From NCBI GenBank assembly GCA_951406725.2, contig OX597820.1:22072001-22136000 (forward strand): a DNA stretch of 64,000 nucleotides. The letters run 5' to 3'. This document shows, in pieces, positions 1 through 13,616 of the stretch. The position numbers and the translations under genes were made by a program. Below the pieces are notes generated by a model. That model was not told where the DNA came from, searched no databases, and saw only the letters and a program-made list of their open reading frames with translations. This DNA is from Octopus vulgaris (taxonomy: Eukaryota). The stretch's first letter is position 1; every line of letters starts with the position of its first letter.

Positions 1-43
1 TAATTATTTTACCAGCTGGCTGCCTTGAAAGCGGTTTTAATAT

Positions 44-626
44 TTTTTTCTACTCTAGGCACAAGGCCCGACATTTTTGGGGAGAAGACCAGTCGGTTAG
101 ATCGACCGCAGTACGCAACTGTTACTTAATTTTTCGACTCTGAAAGGATAAAAGGCAAAGTCGACCTCGGCGGAATTTGAACTCAGATCATAAAGAGAGA
201 CGAAATACCTATTTCTCTACTACCCACAAGGGGCTAAACACAGAGAGGGCAAACAAGGACAGCCAAACGGATTGAGTCGATTATATCGACCGCAGTACGC
301 AACTGTTACTTAATTTATCGACTCTGAAAGGATGAAAGGCAAAGTCGACCTCGGCGGAATTTGAACTCAGAACATAAAGAGAGACGAAATACCTATTTCT
401 TTACTACCCACAAGGGGCTAAACACAGAGAGGACAAACAAGGACAGACAAACGGATTGAGTCGATTATATCGACTCCAGTGCATAACTGGTACTTAATTT
501 ATCGACCCCAAAAGGATAAAAGGCAAAGTCGGCCTCGGCGGAATTTGAACTCAGAACATAGCGGCAGACGAAATACGGAGACGCATTTCGCCCGGCGTGC
601 TAACGTTTCTGCCAGCTCACCGCCTT
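44..626 (-). mobile_element. tRNA-derived SINE family A, three tandem units
   Basis: On the minus strand: head GGCGGTGAGCTGGCAGAAACGTTAGCACG, B-box-like GAGTTCAAATTCC and central GCCTTTCATCCTTTC..GTCGATAAATTAAGTA, repeated at ~184-bp spacing. The same family recurs many times in the window. Confidence 0.85.
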
Positions 627-852
627 AAAGGGGTTTTAATATTGAAATATTAAAATACAAGGTGAAAGTACTTTCCATCGATCTGTAATTTTTCTTATAA
701 CTTGCTTAGTTTTGCCTTTATAAAAACAAAAATGATTAACACATTTATATACATCTGAGAAAGCTTCACACAAATTATGCTAATATATGTGTACACACGC
801 GCACGCGAGGGAGAAAGCGCACACACAAACACACACACACTCACACACATAC

Positions 853-1271
853 TCTTTACTCTTTTACTCTTTTACTCTTTTACTTGTTTCAGTCATTTTG
901 ACTGCGGCCATGCTGGAGCACCGCCTTTAGTCGAGCAAATCGACCCCGGGACTTATTCTTTGTAAGTCCAGTGCTTATTCTATCGGTCTCTTTTGCCGAA
1001 CCGCTAAGTGACGGGGACGTAAACACACCAGCATCGGTTGTCAAGCAATGCTAGGGGGACAAACACAGACACACACACACACATATACATATATATATAT
1101 ATATATATATACGACAGGCTTCTTTCAGTTTCCGTCTACCAAATCCACTCACAAGGCATTGGTCGGCCCGGGGCTATAGCAGAAGACACTTGCCCAAGAT
1201 GCCACGCAGTGGGACTGAACCCGGAACCATGTGGTTGGTTAGCAAGCTACTTACCACACAGCCACTCCTGC
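853..1271 (-). mobile_element. tRNA-derived SINE family B with internal (TA)/(CA) microsatellite
   Basis: Minus-strand head GGAGTGGCTGTGTGGTAAG...GGTTCAGTCCC, CORE-like CTTGGGCAAGT, internal microsatellite and (GTAAAAGA)n tail. More than 10 copies occur in the window. Confidence 0.85.
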
Positions 1272-1584
1272 TGAAATAATTTTTAATAAAGCATGTTACT
1301 TTAGTTGTCTTACTACCCAGCCTTGCCCGGTAAAGTATTCACGGAATTGTTTGCCAGTTTGTAGAATGGGAATTCCCGGTGCGTATGCATGTTTACATAT
1401 TTAACCTAACTTCAGGACTTATTTAATTGGAACTACCCAAACAATAGCAATCAACTTATATGAGTAGAAGCATTTTATTTTTAACAATTTTTATTCTGAA
1501 AATCACCTGTTACTTTCGTTTTAATGTGAGAGGAGGAAGTGAAATATGTATGAACGTGTATATGAAATGGGCGTGTGTGTGTCT

Positions 1585-1628
<44 letters not shown>

Positions 1629-2382
1629 CACTTACACGTACATGAGAACACACACGTTCACACACTCTCTCTCTCACACACGCATGTGCACGTACATACA
1701 AAAAAGATGTACACATATGTACGGATGTATGTACGTATACTTGACAACACACGTCTTCACTCACGCTGTCTCTCTTTTTCTCCCTCTTTTCCTCTCTCTC
1801 TCTCTCTCTCTTTCACACACACACGTCCATTTCATACACACGTACACACATCTTTCACTTTCTTCTCTCTTTCATTTTAAAACAAAAGTAAATAACTAAA
1901 AAATTTTTTACGGAAATTAATGAAATCACATTCAGCTAAAAATATTTCTAAATGATTAAAATATTGTGTACGTCAAAAAGTCAACGGTTTTTTTTTTACT
2001 TAGAGAGCGCGAAGGCAATGTGTGTGTATATGTCACAGACTGCGAACGTGTGTTTGTGTTGATTGACAAGCCATGACATTCATTATATGTGCGTGTATTC
2101 TGTATGTGTGCGTGTGTGTATGTGTGTTAACGTCATGGAAGCCATGTATGTTTTCCATCAAGAAATAACAAAAATTGTGTTTAATCGTTTAAATAGAGGT
2201 TCAAATGTCACAAAAATTTGTACTGCACTGTCGAAGGTAAGTATGAAAATAAGTATGTAAAAAAAAAAAGATAAAATATACTATTTCTGAGATATTTTAG
2301 TTACACACAAACATCCCTAGCGTTTTAGTGTTATCAAGATAACTTACACAATTTTCCGAGTTTCCTTATGTTCCTTTTTCTA

Positions 2383-2812
2383 ATATTGGGTTGAGGAACA
2401 ATTCATAAGCGTTATTTTTATTTTTTTCAAATTTATTTTAAACAAAACAGCTACAACAAATTAATCAATAATATATTCTCTGTTGTTGTTTTCAACTTCA
2501 TCCTGTGATTCAATAAGCTTTTCAATGCTTCGGCGATAGAAATCTTCCGGTCTTGACTTAAAGAATTCGTCCAACCCTCAATTCCACGTCATTATTGAAC
2601 GATACACTGCGCAAAGTGTTCGAAAGCGGTCGAAAGAGATGAGAATCTGACGGCGCCAAATCTAGAGAGTATGGAGGATGAGGCAGCACTTACCACTCGA
2701 GTTCTTGAGTTGCGGCTTTGGTCATATTGGTGATGTGAAGACGGGCGTTGTCATGTTGCAGAAGAACGCCATTTCGCCTATTCGGTCTTTTTTGCTGAAT
2801 TGCACCATTTTA
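2383..2812 (-). mobile_element. mariner transposon remnant (3' half of transposase plus terminal repeat)
   Basis: Minus-strand translation gives LLQHDNAR...LPHPPYSLDLAPSDSHLF (mariner HDNA and YSPDLAPSD motifs) with stops. TA-TTGGGTTG terminus at ~2383. Confidence 0.85.
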
Positions 2813-3060
2813 TATTGAGAATATGTTGTGTATTGACTTTTTATACATGCTAGGCTACTGGTAGTGAAATTTCATAGAAAAACTCATTACCCTATATATA
2901 TTTTACGTATATGTTTTTAGCAATCTTTAAATGATTAGTTTGGCAGTCATACATATACTGCCGACTGATATTGCGCTTGCGCGGTGAATTTGAAATATTA
3001 TAATGTATAACGAAGAGACACGTGTTAATTGTCTCTTACTTATATGTTAGGGTTATGGCG

Positions 3061-3134
3061 CGGTCACTGATGAAAAATTTCGCCTAGCAAATTATTTTAT
3101 TTGCTAAAGAAATTTAGAAACCTAGGTCTGACCG
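3061..3134 (+). ncRNA. type I hammerhead ribozyme, intact core (PLE-type)
   Basis: Stem I CGGTCA/TGACCG; core CTGATGA; stem II AAATTTC..TAGCAAAT/ATTTGCTA..GAAATTT; A-GAAA; stem III ACCTAGGT; cleavage triplet GTC. A ~150-bp tail and (TA)n follow. Confidence 0.85.
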
Positions 3135-3288
3135 GATAAAATATCAAGGTAAAAGTTTTTATTTTTCATTCCTTTTGAAGATAGCTCTTAAGATGTGGTT
3201 TTGGTCGTTTTTGACTACTTCTAGCCTGTAAAAACTGTCTTTGGAAGGCAGCTTTCTCTTGTGATTAAATGTACACTATTTTATATAT

Positions 3289-3351
<63 letters not shown>

Positions 3352-3437
3352 CATACATACATACATACATACATACATACATACATACATACACTTTATA
3401 TTATTTATTTGATTGGACGCCACGTATACATTTCCAA

Positions 3438-3484
<47 letters not shown>

Positions 3485-4247
3485 AGATTCCGTTGAATTA
3501 AGTACTTAAATATTCCGCACACCCAAACAATATTAATTGAATATTAAATATCAAGAATCGGTGCAGTGATGTTTGCACCTGATATTCCTGCCGTGTGTAC
3601 AGACAACGTAATCCAGCTAAGTGATGATGTCCACTTTTGATAATTCAGAATGTCCTTTCTATAAAGGTACTTTGTATAGTATTTCCGAAGTGCAGATTCC
3701 AAGGTACCCGAATAAAATATAAAAGAGTAACTAACCGAATGTGCTAAGGAAGTGGTTGTATCCTTTATGTTTGAAGTCTATGACAAGAACGGTTTCTTTC
3801 AAAGGTTGTAATCTTTTCATTAATCAATTAAAAGAGTGGCTTGAAACGGGCGTAATGAAGTGACAACAACCGGTGTTAGTTTGTTTATGTTCTCGAAAAT
3901 TAGCGGCAGACTTTAAAAAAATTAAGCATTGGGGTCGGCTTGTTCGAGTAAACCCCTTCAAGGCGATGACCTCTCCCGTACTATCAGCGTAATCCCTCAC
4001 CGCTAAATTAAGGACTAAAACAAGTATATGACAAAAGATATCAAGAACGGTTATGACTAACCTGAGTTTAAACAACACCAACTACTACTACTATTACTAC
4101 TACTACTACTACTACTATTACTAGTAGTAGTAGTAGTAGTAGTAGTAGCAGTAGTAGTATGCTACTACTGTTGCTACTAATTTACTACTACTGTTACTAC
4201 AACTGCTACTACTGCTACTTCTACTAGTATTACTACTGCTGTTGAGG

Positions 4248-4302
<55 letters not shown>

Positions 4303-4692
4303 CACTACTACAATTTGCATGTAATCCGATTTGTGTATGATTAATCGCAGTTCATGGATGGAACAATATTAATGTTTAAAGTTATTTGACTATTTTTACC
4401 AGTTGTTGAATTATTTAACAACTGAAAAAAAGATTGTCCGGTAGACACCAGGAAGTACTGAAATAAAACCAAGCAAGTACAGCATGGAAAAGACATATTA
4501 GCCTTTCCAAAGCAAACAAACAAAAATCTGCTAACTTTACTTAATCATTTATTATTTGGTGTCAAAAGTTTTCGTCACACCAACAGCAACCTGGTCACTG
4601 ACACAGTTCTATTGCAACTCAATGACCAGGTCACAGTTGGTGAGAAATGTTTTTATATCAAATAATAAATGCTTTAAGTGAAATTAACACAC

Positions 4693-5100
4693 TTATTTCT
4701 TTACTGCCCACAAATTACTAAACATAGAGGGGCAAACAAGGACAGACAACCGGCTTAAGTCGATATCGACCTCAGTGCGTAACTGGTACTTATTTAATGG
4801 ACCCTGAAAGAATGAAAGGCAAAGTCGACCTCGGCAGAATTTGATCTCAGAACGTAACGGCAGACGAAATACCTATTTCTTTACTACCCACAAGGGGCTA
4901 CACACAGAGGGAACAAACAAAGACAGACAAACGGGTTAAGTCGATAATATCGACCCCAGTGCGTAACTGGTACTTAATTTATCGACCCCGAAAGGATGAA
5001 AGGCAAAGTCGACCTTAGTGGAATTTGAACTCAGAATGGCAGACGAAATACCGCTAAGCATTTTGCCCGTCGCGTTAACGTTTCTGCCAGCTCGCCGCCT
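4693..5100 (-). mobile_element. SINE family A, two tandem units
   Basis: Same head and body as 44-626. Confidence 0.85.
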
Positions 5101-6083
5101 TAACACACTTGTCAGTGACCAGGTTGCGGTTGGTTCAATGAACATTTTGACACCAGATAACAATGTATAACATAATGTTTGTCCTTGGGGATCAACTGTT
5201 ATTTTCTATTTTTTTACTCCTAGAAAATATGAAGAATGGCGAATATTTCCTTCAGAATTTATTCAAACCCCCCAAAATCCCTTTCAATTCATAGCTATGA
5301 TATTCCCCCACTACTCCTTCTCAGGAACAGAGATGTACATAGGGACAACATGCTCAAGTGGTTAAGTTCAAGCAACTTAAAGGCGGTGCTCCAGCATGGC
5401 CACAATCAAATGATTGAAACAAGAAAAAGAGTAACTGATAAGCACATCTGTGGTATTTGGCAGAATATTTGCTATAACGATATTTCTGCTTCAGCAACTC
5501 AGCACTGAATCTATCTAAAATGTAATGGAAAATAGGTCAGTTTGAAAACATTGACGTCCAGGCCACAAAAGCAAAGTTTGAAGGGAATAGTAGTCATTTA
5601 CTTTGATTTCTAAATAGAAGCATATGGGAAATAACACTTACTGACCAGAGACAAAAACAATAACTTCTATGAAGTGTGTGTGTGCGTGTGCTCGTTCTTG
5701 AATGGCTAATGTCTATCTGCCCTTCTGTAATTGATTTAGTTTCAACACGCGATCTCAGATGAGAGAAAACTTACCAGACAAGTACGTCTTTCAAATAAGA
5801 AATAGACTTGTAATAAAGAATATTTGAAACAAGAATATCTGTTATTATAAATAAATATAATAGTATTCTCTTCAGAAATAAATATAAAAGTATTCTCTTC
5901 ACAAACTAACAGAGATTCTATGTTGTCGTACTTCATCTGCTAGCAGTAGTAGTTAAGTTTCCCTCAAATCAGAACATATTTCTTTCCCAATAACTCTCAA
6001 ACAACGTGTCCCAAATTTATCTCGTATTCTCAAGTTTTCAATTTTTTCTTTCTTTCTCTCCCTCCGTCACTCTTTCTCTCTCT

Positions 6084-6138
<55 letters not shown>

Positions 6139-6200
6139 TTTCTTTCTCTCTATTTCCCCCTCTCTCTCTTATCCACTCATTCACCCTATCTCTCTATCTC

Positions 6201-6242
<42 letters not shown>

Positions 6243-6356
6243 CATCTATCTATCTATCCATCTATCTATCTATCCATCTATCTATCTATCTGTCTACCTA
6301 CTTCTGGTCACTAGTGTAGCTTTGGAAAAAACAAGATCGACAGGAGATCTACTCAC

Positions 6357-6427
6357 CTTCTCCGCTCCGTTACGCGCCAGCAGGCCCTGCTGCATTTGGC
6401 AATGTTAGTAACTGCCTTATTACCAAT
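6357..6427 (-). other. candidate 71-nt exon of a host transcript
   Basis: Unique CpG-rich segment bounded on the minus strand by ttcctccag| and AAG|gtgagt. It could read MQQGLLARNGAEK or IGNKAVTNIAKCSRACWRVTERR. No homology recognised. Confidence 0.3.
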
Positions 6428-6659
6428 CTGGAGGAACTGGAATTCACAGCCAGAAATAACACACTTAATGAGAACATAGCTTCAAGCAGTTAGTAGTACA
6501 GTCAAAATATGTAAAACATTCATGAAATTTATCATGTAGTAAGTTTGATATATGTAATACTTGCGTCTATGTGTACATGTGCACAAACTTACATATATAC
6601 ATATGTGTACATGCATACATGCATACTTGTACGATTGCACACATACACACAGGTACGTT

Positions 6660-6696
<37 letters not shown>

Positions 6697-6706
6697 TTGT
6701 ATGTAG

Positions 6707-6956
6707 TGGAGGCGCAATGGCCCAGTGGTTAGGGCAGCGGACTCGCGGTCGTAGGATCGCGGTTTCGATTCCCAGACCGGGCGTTGTGAGTGTTTATTGT
6801 GCGAAAACACCTAAAGCTCCACGACGCTCCGGCAGGGGGTGGTGGCGATCCCTGCTGTACTCTTTCAACAAAACTTTCTCTCATTCTTTCCTCTGTTGGC
6901 TTGCTCGCTTAGCCAGCGGGGTGACGTCATTTGAAGGCTAACATTTGATAGCAACA

Positions 6957-6960
<4 letters not shown>
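6707..6960 (+). mobile_element. tRNA-derived SINE family C
   Basis: Head GGCGCAATGGCCCAGTGGTTAG...GGTTTCGATTCCC. Related copies at 10320-10680 (-) and 24085-24295 (+); tail matches 63835-63952 (-). Confidence 0.75.
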
Positions 6961-6997
<37 letters not shown>

Positions 6998-7001
<4 letters not shown>

Positions 7002-8860
7002 GGTGATAATAATAATAGGAAGGCTGATGTTGGAAACAGTAACGATAATGAAGATAACCCTAGAGAGACCATTGACATGTATTCCCATCCCTTTGACACT
7101 CAATTCTTCAACGTATGCGACAAAACTTACTGCATGAACCGAATTTATCCAACTACATTACCCTTCAACAAAAGAGTATACATCCCAAGACGTACTAATG
7201 ACCACATGGAAGCACAGTTCACTATAGCTAGGACCAAACTTAGACAGATTTTAGGATTATACATTAAGAGACAGAGACAGAATAAGACAGATGCCCAACA
7301 ACTCGGGATTAAACCTGCATGTGGCCTACAGAAGCTCATTCAGCGCACGAGTAACGGAGAGGTGATATGCCTTCCCACGGATAAGTCCGGCAGGATGTCA
7401 ATAGACAGCTTGCCGAACTACATCCAGGCAATGCAACCTCATATCGCCAAAACAAAAGTAACAACTGCACAGGCGCATGAGGAGAGAGAAAAGGTCCTCA
7501 ATGCCCACATGATGATGTGGACAATTGTTCTGGGACCTCAGAAACGTACTGCAAAGAATTTCCAAGCCTGGAACAATGATATCCCGGCACTGTATGGACT
7601 TCGCAAGGACCATAAAGGTTTTACTGACCCTATAGCAGGACCACCAACAAGACCAGTCTGTGGAGCGAATATCGCTAGCAATTACAGAATCTCCTACTTC
7701 CTCTCAATGATCATACGCCCTATAATCAGGATGTCACCTGATGTGTGTGACAGCACAGAAGATCTCCTAAGCAGGATCAGTGACTGTAACAAAACTTGTG
7801 ACTTGACAGGATGTATAGTAGGTAGCATGGATGTGGTATCCCTATACCCATCGATTGACGTAGATTTTGCAGTGGAGAAGTGCGTGGAGATGATCAACGA
7901 GAGCCAGGTGGAGTTCTGTAATGTCGACACAGAAGAACTGGGCCTCCTACTTAGACTGACATATAATAGTGAATACTTAGATAAACATAATCTTAGTAGT
8001 TTCTGCCCCAGTAGATGTTTAAGAGGTAGACCGCCTACAATTACTTCTATGGCTAGGAAGACACATATAGAAAGATGGCGCGGATGGACCAGAGCCATAC
8101 GGAGCCCCGCAAATGTCCATCAGGTAAAGAAAATGATCGCACATGCACTAGGAGCTAGTATAAGAGTTACCCGAAAAGGCCACACATTTAAATTTAATAA
8201 TAAAATATATGCCCAGGACGAGGGGGCAGCCATCGGTGTTAGTATCGCTGGTGATGTGGCCAACCTCTTCATGGTATGGTGGGACAGAAGGCTTAAAGAA
8301 TGCCTACTGCAGAAATCCATACTCGTAAACATGTACTCTCGCTATGTTGATGATATCAATATAGTAGTAAAGGCACCCCCACAAGAGAGTAATGTTGATA
8401 TAGTAATAGAAACTAATACTATGGAGAGCATCCAGCAAATAGCTAACTCCATCCACCAGAGTATTAAGGTCACAATAGACTACCCCACTAAACACCCCAA
8501 CCATAGACTACCAGTGCTAGACACTGAACTCTGGCTAGAAATTGTGAAAAATAAAACCCAAATCCTTCATTCATACTATGCAAAACCTATGGCCTCAAAA
8601 TACCTGATCCACCGGAACTCAGCCATTGCGGGCAATGCCAAATTCAATATTTTGATGGCGGACCTCGTCAGAATAATGAGAAATGTGTCACGCATGTGCG
8701 AGCCTACAGAATTAAAGAGACACATACAGTATTTCATTCACCGCATGCAGTTCTCAGGTTACAACCATAAAGAAAGGATCAGAGTATACAAAGGAGCCAT
8801 GAAGAAATTTGATAATATATTATGTAATGATAGGAATGGGATTTGCTATGGGATTTGCTC
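6998..8860 (+). CDS. Penelope-like reverse transcriptase (N-terminally truncated; listed ORF 6945-8888 begins in SINE and (TA)n flank)
   Basis: PLE RT motifs PTDKSG, PALYGLRKDHK, PTRPVC, SMDVVSLYPSI, QDEGAAIGVSIAG, YSRYVDD, LPVLD, YAKPMAS. Confidence 0.9.
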
Positions 8861-9487
8861 TATAGGAACAAGTCATGGAACACTATAGAAAGGACAAAAA
8901 AGAAAATAGGGAAGGCCAACTCTTGGTATGATAGCCATAAATACCAGAGTGTCATGTTCGTTGACACCACCCCTGGAGGTGAACTGGCGTACCACTTTAG
9001 AAGGACCCTAGATAAACTTAAACTAAGAATTAAGGTTGTTGAAAAGCCAGGCAACCCTATCAGATCTATAATTGGTAGAACCTATCCTTTTAGTAGAACT
9101 CTCTGTACGGATAACTATTGCACTGTATGTAGATTTAGCCCACAAACAAACTGTAAAGCCAGAAATGTGGTCTATAGTATAAGATGTATAGAGGGACGAT
9201 GCAGTAACAAGACAGTAACATACGTAGGGGAAACAGCAAGAAGCATTGGAGAGCGGGTGAATGAACATTGGAGACAACTCAAGGAAGGTAAAAGCTCATC
9301 GATTCTGTACCAACACGCCGAACAAGAACACGGGGAATCAATCAATAACATAGAGATTAAGATATTGTCCACACATAGAACAGATGCAACAATTAGACAA
9401 ATTACAGAAGCTACACATATAATAGAAAATAAACCTAGCCTGAATAGAAAACTAGAATGGAGCAATAGCACACACCACAACATATGA
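8860..9487 (+). CDS. GIY-YIG endonuclease with Cys-rich linker of the same PLE (frameshifted from RT)
   Basis: CTDNYCTVC..NCKARNVVYSIRC..YVGETARSIGERVNEH..RQITEA..PSLN, the PLE GIY-YIG pattern. Confidence 0.88.
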
Positions 9488-9928
9488 CGATAGTGGATCC
9501 TGCAAACATAATAAATACACAGATAATTAAAGAAATAGAAATGAATAACTATATATATGTATGTGTGTATGTATGTGTGTATATGTGTGTATATATATAT
9601 ATTTTTTTTTTTTCGATTAGATTTATTATTATTATTACTAATATTGTTGTTATACATACATACAAGCATATGTAATGATAATAATGGGTGGATGTAAACA
9701 CATGAACAAAATTAGAACAAAAGCAACAACAACAAAAACAAAATACAAATTACAAGAATGTATATAACCAGAAGATACAAATATTACAGGCATCCCCCAC
9801 ACACACACACTAAATAAACATAGACGCACATAGAGATATAAGCATGCGCAAATGAAGACATACAATAGAAATACAAAATGGCTGACGGTTAGTAAGGAGA
9901 GACACGAGTAAGTGAGAAGAAACACAAA

Positions 9929-9973
9929 GGACCACTGATGTGGTCACAGGAGTGTGACGAAAGAACTTTGGCC
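9929..9973 (+). ncRNA. degenerate minimal hammerhead ribozyme in PLE 3' region
   Basis: GGACCA-CTGATGTG-GTCACA ggag TGTGAC-GAAA-GAACTT-TGGCC. A9 appears as T and stem I is imperfect. Confidence 0.6.
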
Positions 9974-10148
9974 GAAATAAGATTAAGATTAATGTAAAAA
10001 ATAAATATTACTGAAGCAAAATAACACCAAATATATAGTGCGTGTGTTTTTATTGGCTAAACTGGCAATATGACCATTCCGAAATATAACAATATCTGTT
10101 TCAACACACGACTTCACATAAAAAATCTTGCACAACAAATATTTAAAC

Positions 10149-10184
<36 letters not shown>

Positions 10185-10271
10185 TATATATATATTTATA
10201 TATATAAACTTAGATAAACTTAGATATGTTTCGACCAGAGATTGGTCCAGGCCATGTCTAACTTAATAGCA

Positions 10272-10319
<48 letters not shown>

Positions 10320-10680
10320 CTACCGCACTCCGTCAGTTGCGACGACGTGGGTTCCAGTCGATCCAATCAACGGAACAGCTTGCTCGTGAACGTGCAAGTG
10401 GCTGAGCACTCCACAGACACGTGTACCTTTAACGTAGTTCTCGGGGAGATTCAGCGTGACACAGTGTGACAAGGCTGGCCCTTTGAAATATAGATACAAG
10501 AGAAATAGGAAGACAGAGTGAGAGAAAGTTGTGGTGAAAGAGCACAGCAGGGTTTGCCAACATCTCCTGCCGGAGCCTCGTGGAGCTTTAAGTGTTGTCG
10601 CTCAATAAACACTCACAACGCCTGATCTGGGAATCGAAACCGTGATCCTACGACCGCGAGTCCGTTACCCTAACCACTGA
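10320..10680 (-). mobile_element. SINE family C copy
   Basis: Reverse complement of the head at 6707, with a tail shared with 28990-29180. Confidence 0.75.
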
Positions 10681-11307
10681 TCTGGTAGTCCTGACAGTGA
10701 AGTAGCAGTGATTGTAATAGCTATGATGCGCTTTCATGCACCGAAAAGCCATATGAAAGGTTTTTCTCTCTCGGTAAATATCGCAGTATATGCGCGTCCT
10801 AACGCAACATCCACTCTTAAGTGGTAAATAGTTTTCCTTATATAAATAGTTTTCTCTTTTGAAAGATATTCATTTAATATGTGTGTACGTGTGTGTTTGT
10901 GTGTTTCTGTGTGTACGTGGGTGTTTCTGTGTTTCTGTGTGTGTTTGTGTGTATGTATGTATGTATGTATGTATGTATGTATGTATGTATGTATGTATGT
11001 ATGTATGTATGTACACATATAAACCAAGGACGCATTCCAAGGACGCCAGAAAATGTTGTTGACAAACTACGGCAGAAATTGTATTCACCTCAATAGACGT
11101 CATTGATTGGTTGAAATTGCCGAAATGCAAGAAATTAAACAACAAATAGCTTACAAACTACAGAACTTTCTCAAGAAAGCCAAGAGAAAAAGATGTTTTA
11201 TGTAACACATTCTACCAGTAAACGAAGTTTAAAAGTGTTTAGTTACAAAGAAATTATTTTAAAAATCTGCCGGTCAAAGTGAAAAGATCCTGTTTGTCTA
11301 TCTATCC

Positions 11308-11372
<65 letters not shown>

Positions 11373-11401
11373 GAAATACACACAGAATGTCACACGTTCA
11401 T

Positions 11402-11449
<48 letters not shown>

Positions 11450-11698
11450 TCTATCACCACTCTCTCTCTCTCCCTCTCCTTCTCACTCTGACCCTTTCTC
11501 TCTCACTACCTCTCTGTCCCTCCTCTGTATCGAAAAGTAAAAGTAACATCGAAAATTTACTGTGGTTATTTCTCTTTGACTTTACAGTGTGTCGGTGTAT
11601 TTATCTTTGTTCTTTTCTTCCGATGTATATACCTGCCCAATCTGATAATACTGATCAACATTTAAAAATACAGTCACCTTTCTCTCAGCCTCTCCCAG

Positions 11699-11732
<34 letters not shown>

Positions 11733-11904
11733 TCTTCCTCTCCCTTCAAGTCTTTAATTTATTGCATGACTCAACTAAGCGTGATACACATGTCAAGGAC
11801 ATACATACATACGTGGTTATTAGCCTATTAACATCATCTTACATATATTACATGAAGAGCGTAACGAAACGAACGAACTAAGTAACTAAGGAAGGAACAA
11901 GCAG

Positions 11905-11935
11905 AATAATAATAATGATAATAATAATAATAATG

Positions 11936-11981
<46 letters not shown>

Positions 11982-12004
11982 TAATAATAATAATAATAAT
12001 AATG

Positions 12005-12084
<80 letters not shown>

Positions 12085-12238
12085 CAACAACAAAAACAAC
12101 AACAACAACAACAACAATAATAATAATAATAATAATAAATATAATAATAATGATAATGATGATAATAATAATAATAATAATAATAAAATGATAATGATAA
12201 TAATAATAATAATAATGATAATAATAATGATAATGATG

Positions 12239-12288
<50 letters not shown>
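11905..12288. repeat. (TAA)n/(CAA)n microsatellite
   Basis: Direct reading. Confidence 0.97.
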
Positions 12289-12289
<1 letters not shown>

Positions 12290-12814
12290 CCCTGATGCAG
12301 TACCAGGCAGTGGCTCTCGTGGCTTTTGATCTTAACTGATTGGAAGAGTTATCATGTTTTGTCTTCGTATAAAAGATGGGCTACAACAAATATTGTGCTC
12401 AATACCACAGATTTGCTTGTCAGTTGCTTGACCGTAACCAGTTGAGCATGTCCCCTAGTGGCTGACGGTATGTGCATCTCTGATCACGAGCAGAAGTAGT
12501 GGGGAACATCATAGCCATGTGTTGAGAAGGATTCTTTGGCGTTTGAATAATTCATCTCTGGAAATCCTTAAACAACCTTTATTCAGGGACCTTTTGAGCG
12601 GGATGAGTTACTCGACCAGAAGAAAATTCTGACTGGGCTCCACCTGCAAGGTCATGTGCTGTTTATCTTGATATAAGATCACCATGTCGCGCACATATGG
12701 TTGTGATGCATGTGCCTCGTGTGCCCTTATCAGATGGGTAGTCATGATGGGTATACTGGGCTTCGTATATTTTACCCCAGAGTCACTTTGATGGCATGCA
12801 CTGCTCTCCCACTC

Positions 12815-12815
<1 letters not shown>
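12288..12815 (+). mobile_element. ~550-bp non-coding interspersed element inserted in (TAA)n
   Basis: Starts GCCCTGATGCAGTACCAGGCAG and ends CTCCCACTC. Inverted copy at 13616-14171; partial copies at 40345-40631, 48614-48789, 19515-19650 and 5255-5500. Confidence 0.8.
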
Positions 12816-12861
<46 letters not shown>

Positions 12862-12869
12862 TAATAATA

Positions 12870-13080
12870 ACCCTTTCAGCTGGAGGCACAAAGCCTCAAA
12901 CTTGGTGGGAAGGGACTAGTTGACTACATCGACCTCAGCTAGTACTTATTTTATCGATCCCAGATTGGAAGAAAGGCAAAATGGACCTCGGTGGAATTTG
13001 AACTCAGAACGTAAAAAACAGACGAAATACCGCTAGGCATTTCGCCCGACGTGCTAACGTTTCTGCTAGCTCACTGCCTT
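12870..13080 (-). mobile_element. SINE family A (alternative tail)
   Basis: Family A head and central domain with a TTGTGCC-type tail. Confidence 0.75.
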
Positions 13081-13542
13081 AGCCTTATGTATGTATTAAA
13101 TCTAGAAGTAGGGGTTCTGAAGCAGAACAAATTGAAAATAAAAATACGAGATGAGTGCATTTGAGGCTCTCAATCTCACATTAAAAAATCATCGGAAGTA
13201 ACCCTAAGATCACGAGTAGGATCGTGAGTCTTTGCACTCTGGTTATTTCCGGTAAACTTTACCAGTCATCTCGAAAGTGTACACCTGCTGGTACGTTAAG
13301 GGTGTCTGAAAGAAACCAACGTACTGAAACAGGATTTCAATGTTACTTGTATAATTGCAGTTAGGTCAAGCCATAAATATATTGACATTTAAGAACTGTT
13401 TGCACTGTGATTCGCAAGGCAATACAGTTGCTGTAAACTACACGTGTGGCTTCAGTTTACAGTTTGCATTACTTTAATCAAGAACAGTAATGATTTGTTC
13501 AATGAAGTTAATAAACATAATGCTACACAACCAATATAGTGG

Positions 13543-13615
<73 letters not shown>

Positions 13616-13616
<1 letters not shown>

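Larger units (their letters stand above)
6998..10150 (+). mobile_element. 5'-truncated Penelope-like retroelement (RT + GIY-YIG EN + 3' region with degenerate hammerhead) flanked by (TA)n
   Basis: RT and EN ORFs listed below, hammerhead-like motif at 9929-9973, and (TA)n tracts at both ends (6961-6998 and 10154 onward). Confidence 0.9.

Noticed and set aside
6707-6780. tRNA genes at SINE heads (also 16640 and 59828)
   Set aside because: A/B boxes run into SINE bodies and there is no complete acceptor stem.
10222-10262. Minus-strand GACCA/TGGTC stem followed by GAAAC between (TA)n tracts
   Set aside because: No recognisable CTGANGA core.
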